A DNA stretch of 35,624 nucleotides from Dicyema japonicum (taxonomy: Eukaryota; Animalia; Dicyemida): the NCBI GenBank assembly GCA_011109175.1, contig RDEW01000102.1:1-35624 (forward strand), read 5' to 3'. How positions within the stretch are numbered: position 1 is the stretch's first letter; every line of letters starts with the position of its first letter. Positions 11,400 through 23,910 of the stretch are shown here, piece by piece. A program made the position numbers and the translations under genes. The notes beneath the pieces were generated by a model. That model made no database searches and was not told the origin of the DNA. It worked only from the letters and a program-made list of their open reading frames with translations.

Positions 11400-13101
11400 A
11401 TTCTTAAGCCAATCAAAGTTATGTGAACTTTTTTTGATCAATTCATTTATCCATTAAAAGAATAACGGGATTAGTATGCAGAGCATTCCTGCCAACGCTG
11501 ATAACACAGCTACAACCGACCCAAATAGGAGTCAGCACACCAAGGGTTGTGAAGTGGCAGTCCATGCTGTCCGAACATTCATCGAAAAACACGAGAACAT
11601 TCCTTACGTAATCGTCAAAATTGACATTAAAATGACTTCAACTTGATACGACGTGATACAATTCTGGAGGATTGCTTCACATACTACCCATCAGTGTACA
11701 GCTATATTCATAGCTCGTACGGAAAACCATCCAGTCTGGTACACGGCCAAAATTACATTCCATCGTTTTCTAGAGTCCAACTAGAAAACCCACTGATTGT
11801 TTGAAAAGTCTGATAGTACAATGGAATCCCTATGAATAACTCTAAACACCACGAAGTGTGAAGTATCACTTTTGGATTTCCGCTGCTTGAATGGGACTTG
11901 ATCATTGATATGTTCAGAGAGATCATTCCAGAAAGCCACAGAAACCAAATCAGAACAACTGGAAATACTTGGATGCCCTCTTATTGATGATGGAATCTGT
12001 AACAATCTAAGAACAAAAGGACATCAACTAAAAACAACATTCAGACGTCTAGAGATGCTGAACTCACATACCTCTCTATTCTTGATGATAAACGCCTTAT
12101 CAGCACAGAAACTGAACTACGTTCTTCGGGGGGCACCCTGCTACCTGAAAATGCAACAGCTCGATGCTATCGATTCCCTCTTCCGGACCACCATTGAGCG
12201 TATCACAAATGAGAAATTTTACGACCAAAGGTGGGACCCTACCCCGTTAGCCTGGGCGGACTGGGAATCCCTTCACCGAACGATCTGGCTTGATCCGCGT
12301 ATTTGTCCACTTTGAGCTCCACCTGACTGCTGATCAGGATAATTTTCCAACTCCAAACAGAATCATCTGAAATCACAAATATGGAGCATTCGAAAGGGAT
12401 GATGCCTGAGCAGAAATACCGTTACAGGACCATCTGCGAGGATAAATATGAAAAGCTTTTGAACCAATCAAACCAACACAGATATGCCTGTCTAGTCACT
12501 GAAAGATGGGAATGAAGTGGCGCGTAGGTCAATGCAATCCCAGTTGGTAGTGTCGGGACCCACTTGACGACGATACTGTCCGCATCGGCATCTCCACCAG
12601 ACTTTGACTGGAGATTTGCCGGACTTACAAATGCCGGTGTGGCGCCACGGTCGATTGTTATGGACACCATACCCTCTCGTGTCAAAGAAGTGCAGGACGA
12701 TTCCCACGACACAAGGCGATCAACAGAATTGTCAAGCGAGCCCGGGAGTCTGCGGGATACCCCACCATACTTGAACTTGTTGCCCGGACAGAGTAGACGG
12801 AACATTGTCGGGAGTGCGGTAGACACACTGTATGCCGCGGAAAAAACTATGAGGGCAAAGGAGAAGAAATACGAAGCGCTACGCGAACGATTTGCGTTGT
12901 ATCTGATTGTAGTTGAAACAACTGGAGGAATAAGTGGAATCGCTTCGTTTCCTGAAGAAACTTGGACACCTAGCTACACTAAATAGCTACGACGCGCGTG
13001 AGACCCGGTGGCTTCTCCAGTTGATCTCTGTTGCAATCGTGAAAGGCAACGCAACGTCGATAATGTCGGCGGGGTCCACTTTGGATGGATGGCAGTTTTA
13101 A
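11400..13101 (+). mobile_element. Decayed CRE-clade retrotransposon, RT to 3' end
   Basis: QIGVSTP.GCEVAVHAVR, VKIDIK.DFN..RRD, LEILGCPL, QKLNYVLRGAPC, knuckle relic, EKTMRAKEKKYEAL..VVETTGG, AIVKGNATSIMS; ORF ends LDGWQF* at 13101. Confidence 0.9.
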
Positions 13102-15580
13102 ATAAAAGAATTAATTTGTGTTTAAATTTTAAAATAAATCACGTTTTGGAAACTCGTAAATTATAAATATCATTGAAAGTCTCTTTAAGTCATCTTTCAT
13201 AACTATTGTTACACTTATGGCCAAAATTAAGTTATCCAGAGTGGCCTTTCCATTATTTCTAGTTACTAGCTTAAATATATAATAATTGGCTGCCGAATAA
13301 GTGAAGACGTTGATTTACATAAAATGTAAAAATCACTAACTACGCTAGGGTCACCGTAAACGGGCAGAATGAAGAGAATCTGTTTAAAAATCTGAGGACA
13401 AATGACTGTTTCGACTATCTGCTATACACATTAGTGTCACTAACCATCACGTTTACAATACTGGAGAGGCAATACTCAGCAGTATTTCGGAAGTGTCTAT
13501 TTTAATGTTTAACAATATGTTATTTCAGAATTATTGTGAAGTCCAGAAACCCTATTTAGCAAATTCATTGATTTTTGTGAAAATTTTATTTTTATTAGGA
13601 TCTATCGGATATTGGTAATTATAATTTGTAAGAAAAATTTGATCACCAAAGTGCAAAATGATTTCAAAAGTCTCTTATCAAAGTCATCAGTTTCCCATAC
13701 ATAATTTCCCCAATCATTTAGTAAATGCAGTTCCAAGAAATACCATATAAAGTAGATAAGTGAATTGTAACCTTTTGGGATCCGTATGGAGGTTGTCGAA
13801 CCCAGTTGACAAACTTCTCATCTCCTGCCAGAATACTGTGCATGATGGCTGTCATAAAATGAGAGAAGTCCATTGGACGGCATCAATTCAAAAAGTCTTC
13901 ATTAGCAAATGATAAATTTTCTTTAAACCAGCTAGAATACCACGTGGTGGTTTAGATGTGTATTTAACGAGTAAGTTAATATGGAATTTATTATGACATT
14001 CCGATAAATCTATTTTATTGCAAAAATAAGCACCTGTCTAATATTTCATAAAAGTAGTAATTGTTATTATTTACTAAGAAATTTGGAGTGGTTTTGTTTC
14101 TGGAAAATTGTGGACATACCATAATTTCCACATTTTTTCCGATACTCCGAATAAAAAAGCGTTAGATTCCCCATAATCTTCTTTAAACATTAAAATATAA
14201 AATCAAATTCTACCTTTTCTGACTAGACCCCTTTGATCTAAAAGTCTTTAAATGATAAGGTTTAAAATTAAAAAAAATTTAATTTTTAAACTGTTAACAA
14301 AATACAATTAATTCTCAGTTGCATTGCAAAGTGATAGGAAATTTTATGTAGATTTGATTTTACTCAAATACCTCACTACAGGAGGTATTCCCTCACGAAT
14401 GTATGGTAAGACATTTTCTTTTTTCAGAAACTCGACTTTGTGATTTGAAAGCAAATAGTAGCTGCGACTACCCATTTGACTCAATGATGGTCTGCATAAA
14501 TCCATCTTATTATGAAAAGTAGGTTGAATGTAAATTGGTCCAAATGACTTTCAGCCAATCATAATTTAGATGAAGCCATCAAAGTGACAGTTAATCTCAA
14601 AATGAGTGTTTATCCAAAATATTCTATGAATGAGTGCCCTGAGTGTTCGACTACTCTATCCCTAAAATATTAAGCGACAATTATCGTATTAACCATGACA
14701 AAACTTTCCCATATCATTAAGATTGTTATAATAATAAAGCGAATTTATCTCAATATTTGAATTCTCTTATGATTGAAAAAGGGTGAATTAACGCCTTTAA
14801 AGAAAATCTTTGTCTTAGAATATTGTATAATCATTGAATCATCAATATTATCGAAATATTACGTAACTTGTCTTATGGGCTTCTCAGGACCCTGAATGTA
14901 CGAGTGAGAGGTGCTACACCACTTTCCTTAAATATATCAATTTTCATTAAAACACATGTCGACAATCCTCTTAAAAATATTATGTCTAATAATTTTGATG
15001 TTAAATCATGAATTGTGGCATTGAGGATGCTGGTTATGTAGAAATTATAGAATATGTAGAAAATGTTTGTTCGAATCATAGTACTGTGAGTAGTTATGAA
15101 ATATGTCTTATTTATTTTTGAATATGTATAAAATATTCCTCATACTGATTCTCTGTTTACGTGTGAAGTTGAAGAATTACTGAGAAAAATGAGGTAAGCG
15201 AAAGGTGATTGTTCACTGTTAAGTGATCTTTATATTAAATGTTGCACAACTTTAACGTGAAATTACATAATTAAACAGTCAATAATTCATTTTAGATTAA
15301 ATAGAGGTTCCATTGAGATTCGAGCACTTGAGAGTGGCCAATGGTTTACGGGATTATATAAGAGGGACAAAGAATTTTTTCTTATCGAACCAGTCGTCTC
15401 TAATCAATCGCATGCAACTTGAACAGTGTTCAGTGAGATATAACATTTTACAATTCAGGAAATATTAATCTAACAATCCCTTTGCTCCAAAAGGCAGATG
15501 ATACTCAGTCGAGTGCCTCCATAATACTATTTACACATTATAGATTTGATTTGGATTCTCCTAGAATTCAAAACTTTATA
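13084..15580 (+). repeat. Left arm of inverted segmental duplication (partner 32941-35624)
   Basis: Reverse complement of the window end (GATGGATGGCAGTTTTAAATAAAAG...) starts at 13084 and aligns colinearly to ACTTTATA at 15580. Confidence 0.97.
13340..15580 (+). mobile_element. Decayed CR1/L2-like LINE: ORF1 relic, APE, linker and RT start; 3'-truncated
   Basis: ORF1-like VTVNGQNEEN, SVWRL, KVFIS; APE-like TGGIP..Y, NDF, INHD; KANL..W; FTCEVEELLRKMR.AKG; LYKRDKEFFSYRP; PFA.KADDT. ORF1 and APE matches are weaker than RT matches. Confidence 0.6.
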
Positions 15581-16145
15581 TAGTTTCAAAAATTTCATGT
15601 ATAGGTTCTCCGGTTAAATCATTTCACTCATATAAGTAAGAAAAACGAAAACAATGTTATACTTACTTGAGACGATGAACGCAGTGAGTGATCCCTGTAT
15701 CCCACTGACAAGACGTTTTATTAGTCTCCCTTCCGGATCCACCGTTTTTGTATAAATAGTGGTTAACTGTTAACTTTATTACATTTTAAGTCAAATTTCC
15801 ACATACCGAAAAAAATATGTCCACAAACAACAGACATACACAACTTTTTTTAATTTCAAAATATAGATTTTATTTTTTTGGATTAAAGAGAAACAGAAAT
15901 ATGTTAAAAAGGGCGATACAGTCGTATTTTAATTATTAATGTAAGAATAAAAAATTATTATTTTTACTAAAAAAATTAAAATGAATAAATCACAAAATCA
16001 ATCAATCAAAAATGGTCCGCGCCGACATAATCGACGTTGAATTGCCTCTCGTGATCGCAACTGAGATCAAATGAGAAGCCACTATTTAGCGTTGCTAGAA
16101 ACCAAGTTTCTTTAAAAACGAAGAGATTTCCCACAAAAAATATAT

Positions 16146-16368
16146 TAAATTAAATTATTCCAAAAAATAAGAGTAACCGAACGAACTAACTCCTTGATTC
16201 TGACTCGTTCCAGCGTTCCAGATCTTGTTTCCAGGTAACGACATAGTCCCCAGGGAGAGAATAGTTGATCCTCTTGATGCCGGCCAGGCATTGGGCTTCT
16301 CCTCAGCATGTGGATCTAATGACGCTTTATTTATGATCAACTAGCCTCATAGCACCCATGACGCCACA
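16146..16368 (-). mobile_element. Pseudoknot-head short element, copy B, with upstream foldback end motif
   Basis: Minus: motif TGTGGCGTCATGGGTGCTA (16350-16368); head AGCGTC ATTA GATCC ACATGCTGAGGA GAAGCC CA ATGCC TGGCC GGCAT CAAGA GGATCA; body close to copy A. Confidence 0.65.
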
Positions 16369-17061
16369 TAATATAAATTAAATACTAAAAACACACAATA
16401 TAAATTAAATACTTTAAATATTTGGTTTTATTTTTCAATAAATTGTTATTATTCAAAAAATGATAAAAATGAATAGAATTTAATTAAAAATAAAAATTTT
16501 CAAATAATTTTTTTTCAGAATATATTAATGTATATTGTACAAAAATAGTGAAATTTATTTAAAGTCTTGTAGTAGTTGATTTCCTTTTATATAATCTTTA
16601 ACAATAAATTTTCATATGTTAAATCATTGGATACTCATAACCAGGAACTGAAACAGCATTCAGACTAAATCTAGTCTTAAAAGTTGATAATTATACAAAA
16701 CCAACAAAGAGACTGAAAACACGCTTGTTAATCTTCTGCATACATTCATTTAGTAATTAACTCTTAATTTGATTAATTTTTATTATTTTTTTATCAGCAT
16801 ATATTGAATATAGTTTAAACCTAAAGTCATCAAAAATTTTAAGTTATTTAGGTGCTATTTCACGTAGCACATGGTTTTGCTTGAGTCATGCGTTGCAGCC
16901 ATCTTCCTGGTACCTCGCCCACAACATCTTGTTTCTGTCCTTCATTCGAACATCGTAATTTATAAGTAATTAGAACAAAATATCCGATGATATCCGTCAT
17001 ATACTACATGTTCTATATTATCAATTAAACATGCAGCAATTACATTGCGATTATCCAAAAT

Positions 17062-17975
17062 ACAGCTTGTTTTCGTCCTCGCTTAGACAGTCTTTCAGTT
17101 TCTTGTTTAAGGAGAGCTTAATTGCAGCTCTCCTAGTCTTCTCTAGGAGGGATAAGATCTTCTCTTCGGAGAAAAGAACCACCTCTCACACCCATAAAGT
17201 AGGATAGAGAGAATAACTCCCTTAAAGATGAGCAGGTAGGTGCCACGGCTAACGTGTAACTTTCATGTACACAGAAGCGACTGAAAGCTCTCTTTCTCCA
17301 TTCCATTATGTCTTCTATGTAATCTCCTGCGTTCCATACTTGACCTTTCTACCTTTAGAGTTTTGGCTACCTTTCTGGATAATGAATGCGTCATAACGAC
17401 TGGAATAAAAGTCTGGTCTCCACATCAGCACGGATGTGGAGACTCCTGCAGGAAGAGTGCAAGCAGATATTCCAGACACAGGAAGAGTCCTTATAAAGTG
17501 ATGGATTCTAAGCAATCAACTCAAATCCCTAATATGGAAATAGTACTATGAATAAACTCGAATGAGTATCATCTGCCTTTCGGAAAGCAAAGGGTTTGTT
17601 AGATTGATTTTCTTGAACTGTAAAAGGTTATTACTCAGTTGAATTTTGTTCAAGTTGCATTGGGATTGATTAGAGAGGACTGGTTCGATAAGAAGGAAAG
17701 CTTTTCCCTCTTCAACAATCTCTTAATCTTCTAACCACACTCACTTACACGAAGCTCATTGCAACTTTCATTGGCTGTTTAATTTTGTATTTTCAAAGTT
17801 GCGCAACATTTAATATAAAGCTCACATTCAATGAATAGTCGCCTATCACTAACCTCATTTTCTTACCATTTATAATAATTATCAATATCCAAAAGATCTT
17901 AATGAAAATGAAATTTTGGCTAAAATTAATGAATTTGCTGAATATGGTTTCTGACTTCACATAAAAAAACGTATT
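17062..17975 (-). mobile_element. CR1/L2-like LINE copy with ~1.7-kb internal deletion
   Basis: Direct repeat of 32519-33340 joined to 35070-35180. Minus translation SYRPV, PFAFRKADDT, DAFIIQKG, LLIFKGVILSILLYGCERW (RT thumb). Confidence 0.75.
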
Positions 17976-18509
17976 TAAGTATTATTAAGATAAAATGTAA
18001 TTCACAACTGTTTTTTTCTTTCTATAATACTTGCTTTGTAATTTAGAGAAACTTAATGTTTAACTTTAAGTTATCTCTCTATTGCAGATAATCTAACTAA
18101 AATATCAATTTTGTCTACAGGTATTACTTTTAGAATTTTCATTTTCAACAAATGTTTCCTTTTCCAGTATTCAATATGTGACATGCTGGACTGGTTACCA
18201 TCAGTTGTCATTAAGTCATTTTGCCTGTCATTAGTGATGAAATTTATCATAAATCAATGATAATAACTTTATTTTTTATTTTTTAACTGACAAGTATTTA
18301 ACAAAAGACAAATGTTAGTTAATACCGGCTGCGTGGATCGAGAACGAGTTCTTTTGGAGAATGGCCAATCCAATATTTTGTCTAAACCATAATCATTCTC
18401 GTTGATCCCTTATCTTTCTGTCAAAAATTACTAACTTTATTGTAATTAATTATTAAGTTTTCTTGCACAACACATTTTAATTATTTTTGATTTTCCTGAA
18501 GCTCTTTAA

Positions 18510-18803
18510 TCTAATGTTCGCACTTTCCGAGGAGCCATATCAGTTATCGCTCCACAGGCAGAACACACTATTTTATACAAAGAACTGATATAATAGCTAA
18601 TCGAGGGAAAATCAATACTCTTCATTTCTTTATTTTTATTGGGTGTATGTCCTTTCAGACTATCCAGTTCTGCAGTGAATGTCCACTGATAACGGCGTCA
18701 CTCGTTAAGCCCTTTTTAGCATCGTGGAACCTTCGACCATGTGACAACAGCGAGAACCCCGTGACTTACGTCACTTTGCCTGACACCTAACCACTATGCT
18801 ACC
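18510..18803 (-). mobile_element. Full-length tRNA-derived SINE (~290 nt)
   Basis: A-box GGTAGCATAGTGGTTAG (18803-18787); B-box partly deleted; body CTCGCTG..GAAGGTTCCACG..GAGTGAC..GTTATCAGTG; family 3' half ending ATATGGCTCCTCGGAAAGTGCG. Confidence 0.75.
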
Positions 18804-19444
18804 TTTTAAAATGATAAAGTTAGTTCGGAAACTAAAGCTCATACTAATAAAAATAAAATGACACAAATCGAGTAATTTGCAATGAAAGTTAGTTCGGAAC
18901 AAAGGCGACTTTTGTTAATTTTAAGGGAATATTCAAATCTATTGTAGAATTCCACTTTTATCGGGTGACGTGTCAGCTATCGAATCTATTGATAGTAAAC
19001 ACATATATTACCAGTAGAACTATTCTGAAATAGGTTTACTCATTATTCCACAATTAAGGCAGATCTTACAAAAATATATCGAAATTAGAATTAGTATTTG
19101 ACTACGTGTTTAATCATAACAGTGGATCTTTTGGCTACATTATTTGATTTAACAGAATTTTTGAAAAATATTGGATCGATAGTTTATTATTAAACTAGCA
19201 ATGTAGTATGAAATGGTTCTCTCAATTGTGAGCGTGTTCAATGAACAAGTAATTGATTAACTTAATTATAATTCTTCTTGAAAATATAACAGCCATGTGA
19301 TAATGTAAATAAAAAATATGTGGTAAGGTTGAAAATATTTCCCAAGTTTTCTTCATTTATAAGTGCTAATGATTATATTTGGAAAATCAATCAAAACAGA
19401 AATTTACTAATATCATTATGATTATTTGCTAATATTGCCAAGTT

Positions 19445-20115
19445 TTGAAATCTTGTATAAGCTCTGAGGGTAGATATGATAAATATAAATAAAATTAACA
19501 AAAATCTGAGAAAAATAATGTATTTTCGAAAAATATTGTGCGTTAGACCACTCATACATAGTTATAATTATATTCTACACAAACTCCAAAATTGTAAACT
19601 AACCCCAATGCCCTTCATATTGACAAAAATCCCTTATTCATTCACTCCCCGAATCCAAAGGGAAATAATAATGTTTTAATTTCATGTTACTGATGATGAA
19701 TAAAAAATACAAAAATTTAGTGAAAAATTTAATTTTCCGTAAGCATATATGTTGATAATGTGGAAATTAACTAAATTTTAAAACGAAAATAGAGTAATTG
19801 GTATATGTGCAATTTACAAAGAAATAAGATTCATATCAAGTAAAAAATATTCGATTCATAGAACGAGTTGGTTATTCATTTTAAAATCTTGTATTTTTTA
19901 TGAAGGTAGATGTGATAAATGTAAATGAAATTAGCAGCCATCTGAGATTATTAATTTATTTTCTAAAATATTGTGTAAATTTTAGATCACTCATACTTAG
20001 TAATAAATTATTTCTCCACAAACTCTAAATTTGAAACTAATCTCCCCAATGCCATTCATATTAACAAATTTCCCATATTCATTAACTCCCCGAATAAAAA
20101 TATCATGTTAATGAT
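19445..20115. repeat. Diverged ~240-bp direct repeat pair (19445-19690 / 19885-20115), coding-like
   Basis: Shared blocks AAATCTTGTAT..GGTAGAT.TGATAAAT, CACTCATAC, CACAAACTC, CCCCAATGCC.TTCATATT, ACTCCCCGAAT; coding strand ambiguous. Confidence 0.8.
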
Positions 20116-21299
20116 ACTGAATAACAAATTATTAAAAATGAAATTATCCGTAGTCAATTTTGATTTTAATTATTTCATAATATTGGATAATCTTATAATG
20201 TATGATACAAACATTATATAATTCTCTCATGTTTTGGAAAATGGAATAAATTCTGATAACAAATCATCAACATCTAATCGTTTTACTATGAGAAGCAATA
20301 TATCCTCGTGTATCAATAATTGCTTTTTATGAAAATGACTAAAGTTCGTATCTTTCATTTGAATATTTGAATGAGAGAAATATTATGATAATAATCCATA
20401 GTAATTAAAAACCCATCTTTTGTGCTCTTTAATCCTCCCTTGATGTCATAAATCGTTATGCTTATTAATGTTAATTGTTGAATTTGTTTTCGTTGTGTGA
20501 AATAAATAATTGTTTTAGTTAATAGGCTTTACAAGTCAGCAATTAGCAACAAAAATTAAATGTTGCGTAATAAATATTATATAATATTGAATAACTTTAT
20601 CGATTGAATAAATTGCAGTTATTTGTAATTGATAATAATTTCGATTATTCGGGAATACAACAATTGCTCTTTCTCGCCTTAAGTAGCTCGTGGAAATTCA
20701 AAAATTTATTGAATAAGTGTATTGGTATATGCCGGATTTCTCAATGCTGTAATCCACTGCACTAGACCGATAACAGACGAAAACATGGATTCCTCTAATA
20801 TTATAATTTATTTCAGTGATATGGTTATCATCTTTTCAATACTGAAGGAATTCTGGTAAATATAAATCCAGTCTGGGAGATATTGAATTCCGTTCAATTA
20901 TACTCTGAGAATAGTCGAAAACATGGCACAAGCGAAGAAATAAACACTGTACAGGTAGCGCGGACGTGCATTAACTAACTCTGATTAGTCCAAGAATGAT
21001 GCAAATTTCAGAAATTGGCAAAATGCTATACCATCGAACATTTTTCCAATAGCCATCAAGCACTAATCAAAGATCAGATACATAATATTGAGGTATATAT
21101 AGAATAAATCTAAGATATATGAAATTGAAATATACCTCCGAGAAATCTCGGATATATGATACTTAAATATATCTCTGTAAAAGTAATAAATATATTTTTG
21201 AAGGTCAAATAAAAAACTCAACAAGACCACAAGAAAGACACACAAGCACGTTGCACGTTAAATGTATTTAGAATGGGTTGACCATATTATAATAAATTT

Positions 21300-21410
21300 T
21301 AATAATAATAATAATAATAATAGTAATAACAGCCTTTTTCACGGAGCCGTGATATTAGCTCCGCATAACATCGTAGATGCGTAAACCTTTCACCAGGTAA
21401 ACAGCAGCGG
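21300..21410 (-). mobile_element. Internally deleted tRNA-SINE copy with (TAT)n tail
   Basis: Minus: CGCTGCTGTTTACCTGGTGAAAGGTTTACGCATCTACGATG joined directly to TATGCGGAGCT..CGTGAAAAAGGCTG and TAT repeats. Confidence 0.65.
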
Positions 21411-21572
21411 AAAGGGATTTGCTACCCTGTGCAAGCAGTGCAACTCTCAACAATACACAGTTACGACGTGTCTTATGAGAAGGGTATACATCACCCCTCT
21501 CCAATTCCTATTCCCGAAACTACCCCGCCCAAAGAAAAGTTGTGTTGGATCCCAGAAGGCGCACGAAGAGAA

Positions 21573-21615
21573 AGATCACTTAATTAATTAGGCCTTCGAG
21601 ATCACTTAATTAATT
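21573..21615 (+). repeat. 17-bp direct repeat in a LINE-tail-like segment
   Basis: AGATCACTTAATTAATT at 21573-21589 and 21599-21615; GATCAC-TTAATT resembles the LINE tail near 31905-31915 (minus). Confidence 0.8.
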
Positions 21616-21635
21616 TAGTAATTAAATTAACTATT

Positions 21636-21768
21636 GAAGTGAAGATCATTCTTTGGTCCTACGATTAGTTAAAATTAACTGTTCTTTACTTAAATAAAGT
21701 GTGTGTTCTGCCTATGCGGAGCTATAAATACTATGGCTCTCGTGAAAAGGCTTTTATTATTATTATTA
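21636..21768 (+). mobile_element. tRNA-SINE 3' half with TAT tail
   Basis: Near-identical to the reverse complement of 5927-6050. Confidence 0.75.
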
Positions 21769-21801
21769 ACTATTGGTGTTTTTTGGGTTAATAATAGTAA
21801 T

Positions 21802-21840
21802 AATCGAACCCGAACCTAAGTCACCTAACAAATATGCCAC
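21802..21840 (-). mobile_element. tRNA-SINE head fragment (A and B boxes, internally shortened)
   Basis: Minus: GTGGCATATTTGTTAG GTGACTTAGGTTCGGGTTCGATT. Confidence 0.5.
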
Positions 21841-21849
21841 CTGGCCAGT

Positions 21850-22395
21850 GCCCTGAATGGCAGCATAAAGAGATTCACTTAAGCATTTCTCCCAAACTAA
21901 ATTTGGGGAACTTGGGCAAGTCTACCTTGTGTAGTAAAAATGAAATTATAAAAATTGTTATAAGAAGGTAGTTGGCTGAGAACAGCAAAAAATTACTCTT
22001 TGAATCTTTCAAGATTTCAACATATGGTCCAAAAACTAAACTTACTGCAAAAGAAAACAATACGTATGCTGGGACCACAATGTGGAACAAAATACTTCCC
22101 TGCTGACGGAATCTACAACTCGTAGATGTGTTTCCGGATTTCTCCGCTTTTGCGAGGAAGATGGACACCCACTAAGCCTCTCCGCAAAAGAAAATCGTTT
22201 GGCTAAGAAATTTCTTTCCCCAATCGGCTTCCTCTGTAAGGATCAAAGAAGGCATTTCCATTCGACAGTGGGAACAATGGAGACGCACAGGCTTATGATG
22301 GCACGTTTGGATGCGGGAACTGGGATCACCTTACTAGTTGACTTTACTTTTATCTTTCTTTCTCGTGATCCCGGGGTTGATAAATAAATAATAAT
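21850..22395 (+). mobile_element. I/Jockey-like LINE 3' fragment with (TAAA)n tail
   Basis: LCSKNEIIKIV..STYGPK aligns with thumb regions at 23510-23700 and 25060-25220; FLCKDQRRHFHSTVG; tail GGGATCAC..CCGGGGTTGATAAATAAATAAT. Confidence 0.6.
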
Positions 22396-22588
22396 CCTTT
22401 CGAGCATTTTATTTTAACATGGAACAACTTCTTTCTAGCAAATTAGTTAACCTACACCCTCTCTCCTGAAAGAATAGTGCAGGCAGATCTCTCAACACAC
22501 ATCTTCTTTTTTTGAATCGGGAAACCTCTAGTCTAGGACGTCACTGCACCGACAACAAAAAAATTCTACGCGAAAGAAAATTAATATA

Positions 22589-22742
22589 CAGTAACCCCCA
22601 TTAATCCGAACGTCTTTAATTCGAATTTTGTTTGATGAGAAAAATTTTGCATAGATTCTATACAAACAGACTTCAATAAACTGAAACTACATAATCCGAA
22701 TTCTGAAAGATATTTATTAAAATTTCGGATTGATTTATTTTG
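22589..22742. mobile_element. Possible pogo/Tigger-like MITE relic
   Basis: TA followed by CAGTAACCCCCATTAATCCGAA resembles pogo-type TIRs; internal ATAATCCGAA and inverted TTCGGATT; right TIR poorly conserved. Confidence 0.3.
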
Positions 22743-22789
22743 TATTTATCCTACATAAAATTAAATTTTAATTTTAAATTTTCTAGTTT

Positions 22790-23910
22790 CACATGGTTGA
22801 AAGATGACCGAAGCTCACCGCAAAAATCACTGAAAGGACTCCTGATAAACCGTTCCAGCATGGTTTCAAAAAGGATCGGTCTACAACATGCTTCTTCAGC
22901 TCTCTGACAAACTTTATTCACTCTGGATTTCTGTACAAGTCAAGAAACCAGAAAAATGTGTTATGTTCACTGGACATCCACAAAGTTTTTTACTCTTCCG
23001 AGAAAAAATTCTAACATGGAAAATCTACCAATCAGATATATCTGAAAAACCTCAAACTCTGGCTGGCTAACTTCCATAGTGGACGGAGAGGAAGAGTGTG
23101 CATTGGATACATTTGTCCTGTCACCTGTTTATTGGCAAATGCAGTACACAAGGGATCGCCGCTATCACCATTCTTATTCAACTTATTTACGGCTGACATT
23201 CCGATGCCGAATGGAGAAGACGACCTGCTTCTGGTCTATGTAGACTAGACCTCGTCTTAGCCTCACGGGATCAGAACATCCAAACAGCGACGGGAAGAAT
23301 ACAAGAACACCTCAATCGACTACTCGAGTGTTTAATGAAAATCGGATGTCATCAACACCGAAAAATCTGTTACAACTCTCTGTCGAACAGGACAATAGAA
23401 GTTACTGAGGAGGGAAGAGATTGCCTTTCAGTAAATGGCAAAAAATATTGGGTCTAACTTTCGATACGCACATGAACTTTACGAGACACGTCACTAACGT
23501 GCTGAACAAATGTGAGAATAAAATCAACCTTCTGAAATGCCTAACAGTTCTATGGAAAATTGGACATAGCTCTATACTTACTTAAACGCTCTACTCACAG
23601 TACATTGAACCATGCATTTCATATGCGTGTACTTCATGGGGATCACTGGCTTCATATACGAACATCCAGAAAATCTCCGATACCCATAAAAGGGCCTTTA
23701 AACTAAGCGAGAGATGGTACAGGGAAAACATTAAATCACCGACGCCCATGGACACTAATCGAAAATAAAAAATGGACACTAATGCCAAAAAGGAGTGCTC
23801 GCCCGCAACGAACTTGTGTAGGCTCAAGGGATCAACACCGAGCAAAGATGAGAGCCTTGATCCAATTCGTCGGGATCACTTTTTTTTAGTTTTTCGGTTT
23901 AACAGTGGTT
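22790..23910 (+). mobile_element. Decayed I/Jockey-like LINE RT and 3' end
   Basis: QHGFKKDRST, SLDIHKVF, AVHKGSPLSPFLFNLFTADIP, YVD*, KCENKINLLKCL, QYIEPCISYACTSWG; tail GGGATCAC. Confidence 0.85.

Noticed and set aside
13217-14700. Multi-exon gene with 22-36-nt GT-AG mini-introns (e.g. ATG 13217, introns 13241-13269 and 13326-13348 with a CTAAC branch-like site)
   Set aside because: The first phases fit but later ones fail. The unspliced frames carry LINE ORF1, APE and RT motifs in the right order, and short GT-AG pairs are common in AT-rich DNA. RNA-seq junction reads would revive it.
13700-15000. Non-standard genetic code (in-frame TGA/TAA shared by both arms)
   Set aside because: Shared stops are explained by decay before duplication; several such frames are antisense shadows, and retroelement frames use TGG and CAA normally amid frameshifts.
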